DNA from: Chrysochromulina tobinii
Lineage: Eukaryota
Length of the DNA stretch: 64,000 bases
Reading direction: 5' to 3'
NCBI GenBank assembly: GCA_001275005.1
Contig: JWZX01003263.1
Span: forward strand, 1 to 64,000
The notes under the pieces are model-generated. The model saw only the letters and a list, made by a program, of their open reading frames with translations, had not been told where the DNA came from and did no database searches. The position numbers and the translations under genes are program-made. This document shows positions 12,343-24,781 of this stretch, one piece after another (position 1 is the stretch's first letter; the number at the start of each line of letters is the position of its first letter).

Positions 12343-13032
12343 TCAGGCACGACTCATCATCGCCGCTGCTGTGTGCTTCATCCCACCGGAGCCGACTGAC
12401 TTCATGACCTCGGCCTTGCGTCTCTCGGCCTCGCGTTTCCTCTCGTCGAGCCCCATTCTGCGTTTTGCCTGTTGCATCATCTTCCGGCCAACCTTGGCCT
12501 CCGCGGCCGCTGCGGCGCACTCCTCGAGAGTGCTCATCCACTGCGCCTTGACGTCATCGTCCTTGGCCTCGAAGCTCACGATCTGATCGTCCGCAATCAG
12601 CTTGAACTGCTTCGGTATCGGCGCCGGCTTGCTAAAGAACGTGGAGCTCATCACCGGCTTCACCTCACGAATCGCTGACATGGCCATCACGCCGGACACG
12701 CCCGAGGCCGTCCACGTTACCATCGTGCCGTCGGACGAGACCGCAATTTTGACCATCGTGCCGGCCTTGAGAGTTGAGCCGTCGGCCTGCAGCACCATAG
12801 TGGCGCCGGCCTTGAGCTCCTCGAGCTTTGCTTCGCGGGCACGCTCCTTGTCATAATCGTCCTTCATCGCCGTGATCGGCGCGGCGAGCTTTCCGAGCCA
12901 GCCCTTGGCCTTTAAAGCGAGCGATGGAGGGCCCTCCTCGCCATCTCTGTCGCTGGTATCGTCTCGGATCGGCTGCTTGTCTACGCTGCCGGGAATGGGC
13001 ATACACGGGCAAAGGACGGCAAGCGACTGCAT
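12343..13032 (-). CDS. PH-like domain protein with coiled-coil C-terminus
   Basis: MQSLAVLCPC... ORF; IREVKP...FKLIADDQIVSFEAKDDDVKAQWMSTL resembles the PH C-terminal strand and helix with conserved Trp. Confidence 0.7.
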   Translation of the reverse strand: MQSLAVLCPCMPIPGSVDKQPIRDDTSDRDGEEGPPSLALKAKGWLGKLAAPITAMKDDYDKERAREAKLEELKAGATMVLQADGSTLKAGTMVKIAVSSDGTMVTWTASGVSGVMAMSAIREVKPVMSSTFFSKPAPIPKQFKLIADDQIVSFEAKDDDVKAQWMSTLEECAAAAAEAKVGRKMMQQAKRRMGLDERKREAERRKAEVMKSVGSGGMKHTAAAMMSRA

Positions 13033-13282
13033 GCGGAGTCGCTCCGCACGCGCGCTGGATGAGCTTCGAGGCCAGCGAGGTCGAGCCGCTCGTTTTTGCT
13101 GAGGCAAGAAGTCACTTGCGTTCGCGGACCCTCGGGAGCTCAACGCGACGCCACGCGACGCCGTCATGTCGCAGAACGCCGAAGCGATTGTATTGAAGTT
13201 CCGCTGCTTTCCGACCATTTTGGTTGAATTCCGCGCCCTGCTCTTTGACCCGCCGACCACACGACCGTCTTCGCCTGCCGCA

Positions 13283-13642
13283 ATGTACACGCCAGACCTC
13301 TCGGACACAGAGATGGAGCTAGAGAGCATGAGTGCTCGCTCGTCCTTCGGCAGCGTGCGCTCCTCCATCTCTGGTGGCCGGCGTAGCTCTACCGGAAGCA
13401 TGGCTCGCACACCGCTCGGCGTCGTGGACAACTTGCAGCGCCGCGCATCCATCGGCATCTCTTTCGACAATGTGAGCCAGATGAAAAAGAACACAAACGG
13501 GGACCTCGCTTGCGTAGTGGCAAAGCGTGCCAATCTCGACGAAGTGCAGGCTGAAAAGGACGAGGTGCTCGCGCAGCGCGGGCTCGAAGAGCGCGCGCGC
13601 CCCTCTGCCTGGTTGCTAAGGATGCGGGCGGTCCTGGTATGA
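13283..13642 (+). CDS. Small hypothetical Ser-rich protein
   Basis: ORF MYTPDLSDTEMELES... with coding-like composition; no recognisable domain. Confidence 0.4.
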   Translation: MYTPDLSDTEMELESMSARSSFGSVRSSISGGRRSSTGSMARTPLGVVDNLQRRASIGISFDNVSQMKKNTNGDLACVVAKRANLDEVQAEKDEVLAQRGLEERARPSAWLLRMRAVLV

Positions 13643-14027
13643 ACCATAGCCTCTGTTTAAGCGAGCTTTCTTGTACCTGCATGGCATTTCCGAATCCACA
13701 AGCAGCTCCGCACCACACACTTGCATGCCCACGACACAGTGGGTCACCCAGTGTGGGCTGATGAATGTGGAGATAGAGAGACGATGAGCCATCATAGCTC
13801 CCGTGCGCGACGTCATCGGCGCGCATGCGTGGGCGCACCCCAAATGCCCACACCACGCCACCGGACACACGTTAGCGCCGCCGAGCGGGTCCGCGTTCAT
13901 CTCGCTGTGCCTCGCCGACCACGGCTCGACTTCGCGAGGGTGGCGCTCACGGCACAGCCGCTGCGCCTCGCCCCCACGAAAGAGCGCCCGACCAGCAACG
14001 TCCGGTCGGCGCGTGCTCCTGAGCACT

Positions 14028-15351
14028 TTAATTGACGGACGAGCCCTGGCGCACCATTCGCGGCTTCTGGAACGTGGGCACCTCGATGTCGAGCTTCTTG
14101 CCCCCGGCGGCCTTCACCTTCTTGCCACTCGCCGCCGCCGGCGGCAACTTAATGACCGCAGCATCGTCCTCCTCCTCCTCATGCTCGGGCAACTCGAGCT
14201 TGCCAATGAAGCGGTAGTAGGGCACCTATGGCAGCAGCCCACCCGACACACACAGCCGTCGGTTGTAAGCGTGGGCGCCATCCGTCGAACGCGGAGGCAC
14301 TCAGCGTCGGGGTCATCAGTGGCAATCAGGGGTGCGTCCTCAGTGGCACTCGTCCTGACCTTCGGGAGCAGCCAGCCGATGTAGGGCACGTCATCAGTGG
14401 CAATCAGGGGTGGGTCCTCTGTGGCACTCGTCCTGACCTTCGGGAGCAGCCAGCCGATGTAGGGCACTTGTGCCAGCCCCTCGACCACCGCAACTTTTTG
14501 GAATTTCTGCGCACAGCACGAGGCGATCGGAGAGCCGGGAGCGGGGTCAGAGGAGCCGGGGCGGCGGCGGGAAGGCGGGCGTCGTCGTGGGCGCCGGGGG
14601 TCAGAGGAGCCGGGACGGCGGCGGGAAGGCGGGCGTCGTCGTGGGCGCCAGGCCAGGCCTTCGGTCACACGCGTCCACTGCGTACCCGCAGCAGATATGG
14701 CACGTGGTCCATATTGAGGCGAACATCGTCCATGAGGAACCAGGTCGGCCAGAAGGTGCGCTGCAACCACGAGTGCTTTGCCATGCCCTCGGCCGGGTGC
14801 TTTCGCGCCACGTAAAAGTCGACAGTGCCGATGAGGCCGCCGGGTGCGAGCAGCGCTGCCGCGTGCTCGATCGCGGCATACCAGTCGGGGATCATCGTGA
14901 GCGAGTACGAGAAGGTGATCAGATTCACCTGCCCGTAGCCCTCCTCGGGCACCCACGTTGTCGCATCGTCCTCGACGATCTGCACGTTGTGCCAGCCGCG
15001 CTCCTCGCACCGCTTGCGCGCGACCTCGAGAAGCGGGCCGCACAGGTCAACAAGGTACACCTTGGCGAACGACATGATGGCCTCGTCGCCCATCATCTCG
15101 AGGTTGGCGCCGGTACCGCCGCCGAGGTCCACCCAGATCCCTCCTTCGCCGTGCGCAGCCTTGGCCTCTGCCATGAGCTCCTCGCGTCCCTGTAGCAGCC
15201 GCTTGCGGAAGGCGTCGTAGTCGCCCGCCTGCGCCTGGTAGAAGGCCTCGAGCCGTTCCTTATGCGACTCGCCCGCGTGCCGGAAGGGCGCCATCGCCAG
15301 GTTGGCCAGAACGCGCACGTCGCTCACGATCGATGAGATAGTCTGCCCCAT
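14028..15351 (-). CDS. SAM-dependent methyltransferase of the betaine lipid pathway (BtaB / BTA1 methyltransferase-domain type), 3 exons
   Basis: [62 protein letters not shown]; introns 14507-14685 and 14226-14437. Confidence 0.8.
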
Positions 15352-15497
15352 GTCCAGTGGAGCCGCGGGCGACGAGCGAATCGCGTTCCAATCGCGCAAA
15401 GATGCACAGGAACCCACCAATATGACAGCGAACTTGAGCGTACCGGTAAAGTTGTGATTATCAGTACGTACGACAGAACCTAGCGTCCCATCCGTGC

Positions 15498-17918
15498 TTA
15501 GGCTGGGAGAGCGTTCCATCCGGGGCCAGCTCCATCGCTGGCCCGCCAGAGGGCTTCAACCTCCCAAAAATGCGAGTACTGTGACTCGATGGCCCTTCGC
15601 AGGTTGTACTGCGACTGCCAACACTCTGAGCTCCGGAGCAGCGCCGTATCGGGCACTGAGAGCGTGGCCGGCGCCTCCAGCCCCACGACGTACGCATAGA
15701 TGCGGGCGAGATCGGCGACATCGTTCGGATCTTCTTTGCGGATGCGCGTGGCCATCTCGAACTGTGTGTAAAGGGTGCCGGCGTCGTCGAGCGGGTAGGC
15801 GCGCCACGGCTTGTACGAAGCCCACCAGTGCCGTCCAAACAAGCGCACCGAGCGGCGCCTGGGCCAGGCCCTCCCAAACGCGCCGAGCCGGTGCTTGACG
15901 TACAGTAGGTAGAAGAAGAGGCCCTGGTCGCAGTCGGAGCTCGTAAAGTCCCAACTGTCGGTCCGATAGGCTTTCGTGGCCTGCAGCCGCTGCTCAAAGT
16001 CGCGAGCCACCGAGGAAGGATCATAGTCTGGTCTATGGCGCGACGAGCGCAGCAGCAGAGGCGCGACGCGAAGTGTGCTCGGCCGACCGACAGCGTCCCA
16101 CCCCACCGTCCGGTTGTACACGCAGCGCTCCATCACCGCGAGCCCTTCGTCAAAGATTTGGGCGTCAGGCTTGAGCAGCATGAACCCAGTGTTCAGTGGC
16201 GCGTCCGAGTCGGGGTCGGCGACCACCTTCGCCGGGCTCGCACGCAGGCGTGCAAGGACGCTCGACCACACCTTCGTAATGAGCGACCGAGGCGCCTCGG
16301 CATACGGTACTATTTCCAAATCCGCATCGGCGAACAGGATCACTTCGAACTCGTGCATCGCGAAGATGTGCCACTTGAGCATGTTGATCTCCTTGAAGTA
16401 GGCGGAGTCGTGCACGTAGCCCGAGGTTCGTTTGAGCAAGGCCAGATGGGCGTAGCTGGATGCCGCCACACGCGCGGCGCACGAGGCTGCTGCGTTGCGT
16501 AGCCGCGGCGCCGGCGTTACTGGCTCCAGCGCGCACCCCGCAGACGAATTAAGCCATGCGGTGGATTGGCCAAGCGCGACGATCACTAGCCGGCGCACGC
16601 GCCACGCGGGCAACGCAGCCTCGAGGCGCATGACGCTCAGGCACCATTGGGTGAGCGCGCAGCGCACGTCGTAACCCCACTTGACACGCGTTCCACCGCG
16701 CGCGGCCACGGTCACGACTCCGAGCTGCGGCAGAGCGCGCGGCCCAGCCGAGCTAGGTGCGCGGCGCAACTGTGGCGTCCTCGCCTCAGCACCCTTGCTT
16801 TCGGCGCCCTTGTCTTCCTTGTCTTCAGTGGCGTGAGTAGTTTCGTCACGAGTTTGGGGAGGGCTGATGGAGGCGGCAGCAGCCGTGGAGCCTAACGGGC
16901 CTTTGACCGCAAGGGTGACGTAGCCCTCGGCGTCCCCAGTTTGGCGCAGGTCGGCCAAGTCGCACGCGCGGTACCACCGACACCGCCACCAGTACGGCGC
17001 GTGTGCCGACATCGGCGCCCGACGGGCAGACGTGTCGCCCGTTACGGCGCTCGTGGTACCGGTACGAAACGGAGTGCTCGCGTCGTGCTGGGCGGCAAGG
17101 CTCACGGAGACGTAATTGCAATTGGCGCAGCCCGCACAGCGAGCGACGCACTGCTCCGCGCTCAGCGTCTCGGCCCAGGAGCCCTGGTCGTCGGCGTCGC
17201 AGCTGCCGAGCGATGGGTCCATCAGCGAGCAGTATCCAGGCTTGCTACCCGACGGAGCTAGTTGAGCGGGCGGCGGTGGTGGCGGCAGCGCGAGCGCGGC
17301 GGCATCTCGAGGCTCCGCGCGGACCTTGACGGTGACAAACTGCCCTCCGTACAGCCAGTGAAGGCGAGGGCATCGGTGGTACCACGAGCACTCATTCATG
17401 TCTTCGTTTAACCGAGCCCAGCTGACGAAGTTGCAGCGTGAGCACTGCGTCTTGCAGTGATGAATGCATGCGGCGAGATTGTGGATTTGGTGCGCGACGA
17501 CGTCGAAGAGGCCCTTGTCATCGGCTGTGCAATTCCCGGGCACGTTGGCGTCGGTCGTTGCGCAATATCCGCGCTCCGTGGGATATTTTGCGAGGGTGTC
17601 GACACTTGTGCCGGCTACTGAGTTGCGCTTCTGCAGCACAGCCGGCGCCGACTTGAAGCCCTTTGGTTCGTTGCGCAGCGCGTCCATGTTGCACGCATGG
17701 AACCACGAGCAATCCTTCCAGTCGATCGACACTGAGATGTAGCGGCAGCGTTCGCATCTAGCGCAGTGCTCCGCGCAGTAAGAAAAAGCCGCCTGCCACG
17801 ATCTCTGGTTCACAAATGGCAAGCGCACGGTGCCTTTCTTGCCGCTCAAGCAGTTGCCGACACGGCCTGCGATGGTGTTCTGACAGTACCCGGTGCGGGC
17901 GAGCGAGAACTCGTTCAT
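15498..17918 (-). CDS. GT8-like glycosyltransferase with three N-terminal Cys-rich (PAN/apple-like) modules
   Basis: Three GYC...C..C..C.YVS....C.W...C modules; KW.IF.M.EFE.ILFADAD (DXD), [17 protein letters not shown]...KPW. Confidence 0.7.
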   Translation of the reverse strand: MNEFSLARTGYCQNTIAGRVGNCLSGKKGTVRLPFVNQRSWQAAFSYCAEHCARCERCRYISVSIDWKDCSWFHACNMDALRNEPKGFKSAPAVLQKRNSVAGTSVDTLAKYPTERGYCATTDANVPGNCTADDKGLFDVVAHQIHNLAACIHHCKTQCSRCNFVSWARLNEDMNECSWYHRCPRLHWLYGGQFVTVKVRAEPRDAAALALPPPPPPAQLAPSGSKPGYCSLMDPSLGSCDADDQGSWAETLSAEQCVARCAGCANCNYVSVSLAAQHDASTPFRTGTTSAVTGDTSARRAPMSAHAPYWWRCRWYRACDLADLRQTGDAEGYVTLAVKGPLGSTAAAASISPPQTRDETTHATEDKEDKGAESKGAEARTPQLRRAPSSAGPRALPQLGVVTVAARGGTRVKWGYDVRCALTQWCLSVMRLEAALPAWRVRRLVIVALGQSTAWLNSSAGCALEPVTPAPRLRNAAASCAARVAASSYAHLALLKRTSGYVHDSAYFKEINMLKWHIFAMHEFEVILFADADLEIVPYAEAPRSLITKVWSSVLARLRASPAKVVADPDSDAPLNTGFMLLKPDAQIFDEGLAVMERCVYNRTVGWDAVGRPSTLRVAPLLLRSSRHRPDYDPSSVARDFEQRLQATKAYRTDSWDFTSSDCDQGLFFYLLYVKHRLGAFGRAWPRRRSVRLFGRHWWASYKPWRAYPLDDAGTLYTQFEMATRIRKEDPNDVADLARIYAYVVGLEAPATLSVPDTALLRSSECWQSQYNLRRAIESQYSHFWEVEALWRASDGAGPGWNALPA

Positions 17919-18123
17919 GCAAGTGTCGTCCTGGAGGAACTTTTAGGAAACCTTCCATGGTCGAGAACATAAGAAGTCAAGTCAAGTCAAGTCAAGAAGA
18001 GGCTGTGGACATCTCTGAAACGGCCGCAAACTCGCAGGTGTTCGGGCGGATCGGGAGCTGACGGCCGATGATGCCGTGCTCGATGATTTCCGGCCGTGGC
18101 CAACCCTACCAGGAGAGGCAGGA

Positions 18124-20130
18124 GATGGCCGAGTACCGTGTCGTCCACCAGCCAACTGTAGCCGTTCGCGACCGGCCGTGGGGCTCGGTCATCGGAGCGA
18201 AGAAGGCGGATGAGCTCGTACCGACGTGCGCACGCTCGGTCGGACTGGCCGAGGGCACATGGGTCAAGACCACCGAGGAGTTTGAGTATAAGGGCGCGCG
18301 GACGCACGGCTGGATGCTCTTGCACGGCCAGGCGATCAACCTGGGCCAGCTGCTCGACAAGGTCGAGAAGGACCGGATGGGCATGGTCGTGCGCTACCAG
18401 GTGATGGTGGCGAAGACGGACATCCGTGAGCGGCCCATGCTCGCGGGCGTGCCCGTCGTGGGCGCGCGCAAGAAAGGTGACATCATCCGTACGGACCAGC
18501 AACTCAACGGCTGGGTACGGCTGCAGCATGATTTCTACGCCGTGGGGAAGGCGGATCCTCTCGAAGGCTGGGCGCAGATAGACGGGCACGCCATCGGCCA
18601 GGGCCTCATCCTACAGCGCTGGGATCCTCCTACGCTGCCTGCTGTAGTCATCGGAGGCCTCGGAGCACAGGGAGGAAAAACGCAACGATATTGGGTGCTC
18701 GCTGCCGAGGGTGTGCCGGTGCGTGAGAGCGCCTCGGAGGGCCACGGAAGGCCACTGATGGCCTCTGATGGCCACTCATCGCCACTGATCGCATCTGATC
18801 GCCACTGGTGGACGCCTCTGATGGCCTCTGACTGCCTCCCTTATCAGGTGCGCGAGCGGCCCTGGGGCCGCGTGCTGTGTGTGAAGAGCCGAGGTCACCT
18901 GCTGCGCCTCGACACTCTGAAGGAGGGCTGGGCACGCCTTGAGGCAGATTTCACCGAGGAGGGTCAGATCGAACATGTGAATGCGGTCGAGGACGACACT
19001 CCAGTGCTTGAGGGATGGGTACGTCGGATGGCCGCTGATGGCACTGATGACCACTGATAACCGTGGATGGCCACTGATGACCACTGATTGCCACGGATGA
19101 CCACTGATTGCCACTGATGACCACAATCTTCCTCTGACGGCTCTCCGATTACCTTCCTCATCAGCCACTGATTGCCTCCTTCATCAGGTTCTGCTCGACG
19201 GGCGCGATCTCGGACTACCTCGCCAGTGCCAAAAGTACGAGCCATCCGAAGATTCCTCGGATTGCGCCGGATGAACCCTTTGATGACGAGATCTCATCTC
19301 GCCTGATTGCCTCCCAAATTAGGTACGAGCGAGAGAAAGTGCCTCCCGCGGAGGAGCCTCGACGGAGCTCCGACGAGATCGCATCTCGCCGCGCGGCCAA
19401 GCACGCCGCGCACGCCGCCAAGGGTAAAGACCTCGGATCGCCTCGGATGACCTCGGATGACCTCTGATGACCTCCGAGTAGCTATGATTACCTCTGATGA
19501 CCTCGGATGACCTAGGATCGCGTGCATGCATGCACGTATGGCCTGCATGAATGGCATCCGTGAATGTGAATGGCATCCGTGAATGTGAATGGCATCCGTC
19601 CGTGAATGGCATCCGTCCGTGAATGTGAATGGCATCCGTCCGCAGGTGAGGACTGCTCTCTGTCGACGTTGCTTCGGGAGGCTCTGGTGTCCGCAGAGGT
19701 CATCGAGCAGTTGGCGCAGGCGGGTGTGAATGACCTCGAGGAGCTCATTACGATCGTCTCGCGCGCCGACCACCACGAGGAGTTGCGCAAGTGTGGCTTC
19801 AGCAAGCTCGGCGCGCGAGCCAAGCTTGTCACTCTTGTCCAGCCGCATTGGAAGGCCCTTGCTTATAAGGAGCAAGGCAACGCACAGTACAGGGCCTCTC
19901 GCTTTGAGGACGCGGCGCAGCTGTACACGCAGGCCCTCCAGCAGATTGCATGCGCCTCGACCGAGCTCGCGCTCAGCTGCTACTCAAACCGCGCCGCATG
20001 CTTCCAGCAGATGCGAGAGCCCCAATTGGCTCTGGCGGATGTGGAGCATGTGCTGCGCTTCGACCCGGGCAACGCTAAGGCGCTCGCGAGGAAGGCGGTG
20101 TACGATCAGCAGCTGGCGGGGGGGCTGTAG
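18124..20130 (+). CDS. SH3b-like repeat + SAM-like + TPR protein, 5 exons
   Basis: Three VR(D/E)RP..G.V.G.....GW repeats; L.K.GFSKLGARAKL; KEQGNAQYR...A...YT.AL and YSNRAAC TPRs; introns 18719-18847, 19019-19187, 19235-19322, 19424-19645. Confidence 0.7.
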
Positions 20131-20236
20131 AGCTCTAGGGGTCAAGAGTCGTAAACATGCGTTTCGTCGAAAAGTATCGTGTTAACATTCACACCAGCCA
20201 GGGCCCAGCCTGTGAGTAGTGGGCGACCGTCCCAGC

Positions 20237-22648
20237 ATGCTGCCCACGGTGCTCTCGATCGTTGCAGCTGCGACCGGCGTGCGCATGCCCAACTTCGGTC
20301 CCGACTTTGTGCCATCGACGCTCGACAACATGAATGGCGAGTACATCTACTCGACCACCCCGGGCGGCACACCGGGGATGATGCCAAAGCAATACCGAGA
20401 TTACCCTGGAGGCGCTGAGGCCTACGACGTCTACTCGGGCCCGGTCTCCACGCTGTACTCACAAGTGTGGTGGACCGCGCTCGCGCCGACCGCGTTCCCC
20501 GATGGGATGGTGCGCAAGTACAATGGGTCAAAAGTCGCGATTGTGGGCTGGGAGATCGACCAAGTGCGCCGCACGCCAAAGGGCGATATCTCCGTGCCCA
20601 TATCGGCCTCGTACAACCACCATTTCGTCGCTACGATGATCGGAGCGGGCGCACGCTTTAAGAAGATCTCGTTGAATGGACCCGATGATCCCCGCGCGGC
20701 CCCTCTGCGTAAGCGGTGTCACGGAATGCTCAACTGGGAGCAGCCGCAGTACGTGGTCGAGGAGCTGGCCGGCAGCAGCAGCACGGGCGCCACCTCCAAC
20801 GCGCAATTCTCGAGCGCCAACGGCGGCGAGTATCGCAAGTCGTACCACGGCTTCCCGCCGGGCTTCGCACTGGTGCTCGATTCGCCGACCGAATTCCAAT
20901 TCACTCCGATGCAGATTGACACTTGGAATCGCGAGAAGATGAACATCTCGGGCCCGTTGCCGCCAGCTTTCGTCGCCGGGCCGGAGCCGGCCGCTTCGCT
21001 CGCATCGTCAGGCTCTTCTCACAGTGGGCTGCTTGAGTGCCCGATGACCTCGAGGCTCACGAAGGAGGTCGATGTCACGTACGCCATACGGACCGATGGC
21101 TGCGCAACCCCGATTCTGAGCTTTCAGGAGTGCTTCGCGGCGGCGGCCAAGACCTTGAGCGCCTCGGGCCGACCGCCCCTCGCCTATCTGAATACGACGG
21201 GCTCGGATCCCCACAGACCCGTCGGATGCTCGGTGGTGCTAGTCGATGAGGTCGCCAAGGCTGGTCTCCCCACCACCACGACTCTCACGGCGAGGGTCTA
21301 CTTCAACCGCATCGTCTACTCAACTGCCCCGTGCGGCTCGATGGAAAAGCTCCCCGGCTCGTGCGTCTGCTCAGTCAACCCGCCGCCTTTTGGGCAGATC
21401 GGCGGTGTCCTCATGTACCACGCCAACGCGAGCCAGGCAGCGGATGTGGGCTCCGGCGCTGCCGATCGATTCAGGTGAGTGCCGCCGATGACCACTGATG
21501 ACCACCGATGACCACTGATGACCACCGATGACCACTGATGCCCACGGTGTGCCCCTGGCCGATTGCATCAGCCCGGGCAAGTGCGCGCCGTCGCCCGCGA
21601 CGACGATCCTCGAGCAGCGCAACCCAACTTGCGACATCCGTAACTACCAAGGAGGCCAGTGGGCGTGCCACCACATGTGGTCACTGTTGGACAAGGAGCA
21701 GCCTATCCCTTGGGCCGATCAGCCTCTGGTCTTCCAGCACAAGTGTGCCAAAGTGCCTTCGAACGCCACCGCTCGCCCCTTCATACCCAACCCCCTCCAC
21801 TTCAACCCCCCCTGCTTGACTCTAAAGCTCCGTGCTCAGCCTCCCTCCATCAATCGCCTCTCTCGCGCGCGCGCGCCCTCAGGTGGCGTTTCTGGGTTCA
21901 GCCGTACGACCCGAGCTACCACACGGCACTTACGCTGGGGGAGTCAGTGGGCTCTGCGATCTTGCTCGGCTCGCCGTGGGAATACGATGTCCCCCAGTGT
22001 GGGCAGGGCGTGCCAGGGTGCTCATGGGAATGTGGCACGGTGAGCCCGGGCTGCACCTGGGTCCACACGGTCACTGGAAGCCACATGGGCCAGCACACCT
22101 TTGTCGCATTCAATCCCCAGTGCGTGTGAAACGGCCTCGAACACACACAGGCCTCTGCTACGGCGGCTCACCTGCTGATCAACTCCCCAACCTCCGCGGC
22201 GGTGGCTTCGCTCCTCGCCTCCGCTGTACTCTCTCATGGGCCTCGCCTTATTTGCGCACACGCACGGGCTAGCGGATCGGATCTCGCGCCTAATCTGGCG
22301 GATCGGATCTCGCGCCTACGCAGCTGCCACGCACCCACGTGCCTCCAGATCGACTTGTACACCTGCGACAAGGGCACCGCGCTCGACCAGTGCAACGCGA
22401 CGACCGGTAAGCTGGCTTGTAGAGTCAAGCCTGTCTACGGCGATGCCGGTCACCCCGCCATCCAGAACACACGCTTCTCCGAGCCCGGCTTCATTGCCAT
22501 CCCCGATTGCTTCTGGGGCAAGGCGGAGAATGGACTTGAGCCGCCTCTCAATCTGACGGACGTGCCGCTCCACGTGGTCAAGAAGTGCAACGCGACCGAA
22601 GGGCATTATGGCGAGATGAGCGGAGGTCAGCCTTGGGTGATCGTCTGA
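20237..22648 (+). CDS. Secreted protein, SURNod19 / copper type II monooxygenase-like, 4 exons
   Basis: Signal peptide MLPTVLSIVAAATG; YNHHF, NGGEYRKSYHG, spliced NPHCHAP, C-terminal HYGEM; introns 21475-21571, 21743-21882, 22120-22323. Confidence 0.6.
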
Positions 22649-23214
22649 GCAGCGTCTGAGTCGAGCGTGCGTGAGCGCGGAGTCGATCTCGCGCGACAAA
22701 GCTGTACCTTTCGCGCCCGGAACGGATCATCCAAGCTCTGAGACGTCTGTGACTGTGTGCGCCCCGGCGTGTGGCTGTGAAACGCCTCTGTCTGTGCACA
22801 AAAGTAGTCTGCGAACGCCGCTTGCCGCGCGGGGGATTATAGCGCGTACTTGTAACTGTATCGTACTGCCGGATGAGAAAATCTCGTCTTGTCTCCATAC
22901 ACTCGACTGCACACTCCAGGAGAGGGGTCGAACATGGCATAACATCTATCTGTCTGGCCGTGCAGACTGCAGTTAGTAGAATAGTACGACTGCTATCTGC
23001 GACCACGTTAAAGCCGTAAGCATATGGTCCGTCTCACATGTCCCAGCTCCCGGGCATCGGCGACAACACCATGCATGAGCCAACAGCGGGTAGATGCCGT
23101 CCAAATCCAAAAATGGGTCCGGATCTTTCCGCACATATCGACGCTCGTGGTGCTGCCGAGATCCCCCTCAAGGTGAAGGTCCCCCTGGACCATGGACCAT
23201 GGGGTCCTCGCGTC

Positions 23215-24285
23215 CTACAACTGGTCCTCCACCTGGTCCTCCAACTGGTCCTCCACCTGGACACCATCATTCAGTTCCATAGCATCCACGTCGTCATTCC
23301 TCAGGCGCGTGTGCTGTCGCAATCGATCCCGACCCGAAGGATAGGCGGCGCGGCGCGCGTGCATCGAACCTCGCTGTAGGCGTGTCGTCCAGGGCACCAG
23401 CGATCGGGCTGCCCCCCCCCAAGCCTTGAGACGTGCCACGACGGGCGCCTGGACGCTGCACCGGTAGGCGAGGTAGCAGAGTAGCGCTACCGGTAGGAGA
23501 GCCAAGCCCAAGCCCAATGAGACGCCCAGCGCCAAGCTCTGTTGGGTGTTGAGGGTGTTGAATTCGGTGGTCCAGGTCGCCGCCGAGGCGTCGGCGGGCG
23601 TGAAGAACTCGGGACCGAAGTCGACCATATTTGGAACGCTCGCCGACATTGGAGGCAGCGGTGCGATCGTTTCCACACCCACACCGGGCGGCGGCCAGGG
23701 CGGGAACCGAGGCAATGAGCGCAGATAGCGATCATACAGCTCGGCCTCGTGCACGCTGCGAGGTGGCGAGGGCGATGGACGCGGCATATGCCACCAGGGT
23801 GGCGGCGATGGGACGGGTGCCGGAGGCCAGGGCACTGGTGGGGGGCGTTCAGGCGGCAGCTCTGGCGCAGGCGCGCGCGCTCTGCTTGGCGGTGGCGGTG
23901 GGTACGGTGGCAGCGTGAACTCGGGACAGCCGTTGTGCAGCAGGCATCGGTCCCCATCGTACTGCAGGCACCGGCTGGCAACCAGCGTGCGATTCACGCA
24001 GCACTCTTGGTCGTGCTCCAACCGCAATGACCACGTCTGTGGCTGGCCATCCACGGCAGCGTCGGCTCTCGGCTCGATGTTCTTGTCGCACCAGAACTGG
24101 CCCGGATCCCCCGCGACCCACGGAGGCACGTAGCAGTTGCTTGAGACCTCCTCGCAGAACGAGGCGTAGTAATTCAGACCATGGACGATGTTACGGCTGA
24201 AGCCGTAGACGAGGCATTTGCGATGCCCGTACCAGTTGTTCGTGCACGCGCCATGGCAAGTGATCTGGCCCTCGCACTTCGGCAT
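23215..24285 (-). CDS. Hypothetical single-pass membrane protein (Cys-rich domain, Pro-rich stalk, TM)
   Basis: Cys-rich N-terminus, PPPP stalk, hydrophobic LALGVSLGLGLALLPVALLCYL, C-terminal QVEDQLED repeat. Confidence 0.6.
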   Translation of the reverse strand: MPKCEGQITCHGACTNNWYGHRKCLVYGFSRNIVHGLNYYASFCEEVSSNCYVPPWVAGDPGQFWCDKNIEPRADAAVDGQPQTWSLRLEHDQECCVNRTLVASRCLQYDGDRCLLHNGCPEFTLPPYPPPPPSRARAPAPELPPERPPPVPWPPAPVPSPPPWWHMPRPSPSPPRSVHEAELYDRYLRSLPRFPPWPPPGVGVETIAPLPPMSASVPNMVDFGPEFFTPADASAATWTTEFNTLNTQQSLALGVSLGLGLALLPVALLCYLAYRCSVQAPVVARLKAWGGAARSLVPWTTRLQRGSMHARRAAYPSGRDRLRQHTRLRNDDVDAMELNDGVQVEDQLEDQVEDQL

Positions 24286-24477
24286 GGCGTTTTCTAAATG
24301 GCGATCTAAAGGACGCTCCGCGCAGGCGATCAGATACCGGGCGTGCCGGGTGCGCCCCTTCCCTTGGGACCTGTAAACTTCAAGGAGTCATCGAGAAAAT
24401 TAGGCCGCACGTGTCTAAAATAGACATTGCATGCAAGGCGCAGATTAAACTTCCGAAGGTTTCATCATGTTCGCCTC

Positions 24478-24717
24478 AAACATCCACCAAGTCCTCCACG
24501 CGCCATACAATCGTCATCCAATCGTCGCGAGATAAATTGACGCACCCCGGATTCTCGATGTCGCACCCACATGACCGGTCGGGTGGGAGGCCCCTCACCC
24601 CTTCCTGTGGCCTGTGCGCCTGCTATGTCTTCTCAGCTAAGCCACACGGGATTCGGCCCCGCTGCCTCCGACGGCATGACTGCAAACCTGTCGACCGCCT
24701 CTATCCGCATGGGATGG
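24478..24717. repeat. Direct repeat copy A (~240 bp) of 27342-27563
   Basis: Near-identical AAACATCCACCAAGTCC...CTCTATCCGCATGGGATGG, with indels. Confidence 0.9.
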
Positions 24718-24781
24718 ACTCACTCGATCTAGACTCTAGCATGTTTCGCCATGTTTCGCCATTCCGCATTCGGTGTTGGGT

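Noticed and set aside
12343..13647. 434-aa single minus-strand ORF
   Set aside because: Paralog alignment puts the start at 13032; the upstream part is antisense to the 13283-13642 ORF.
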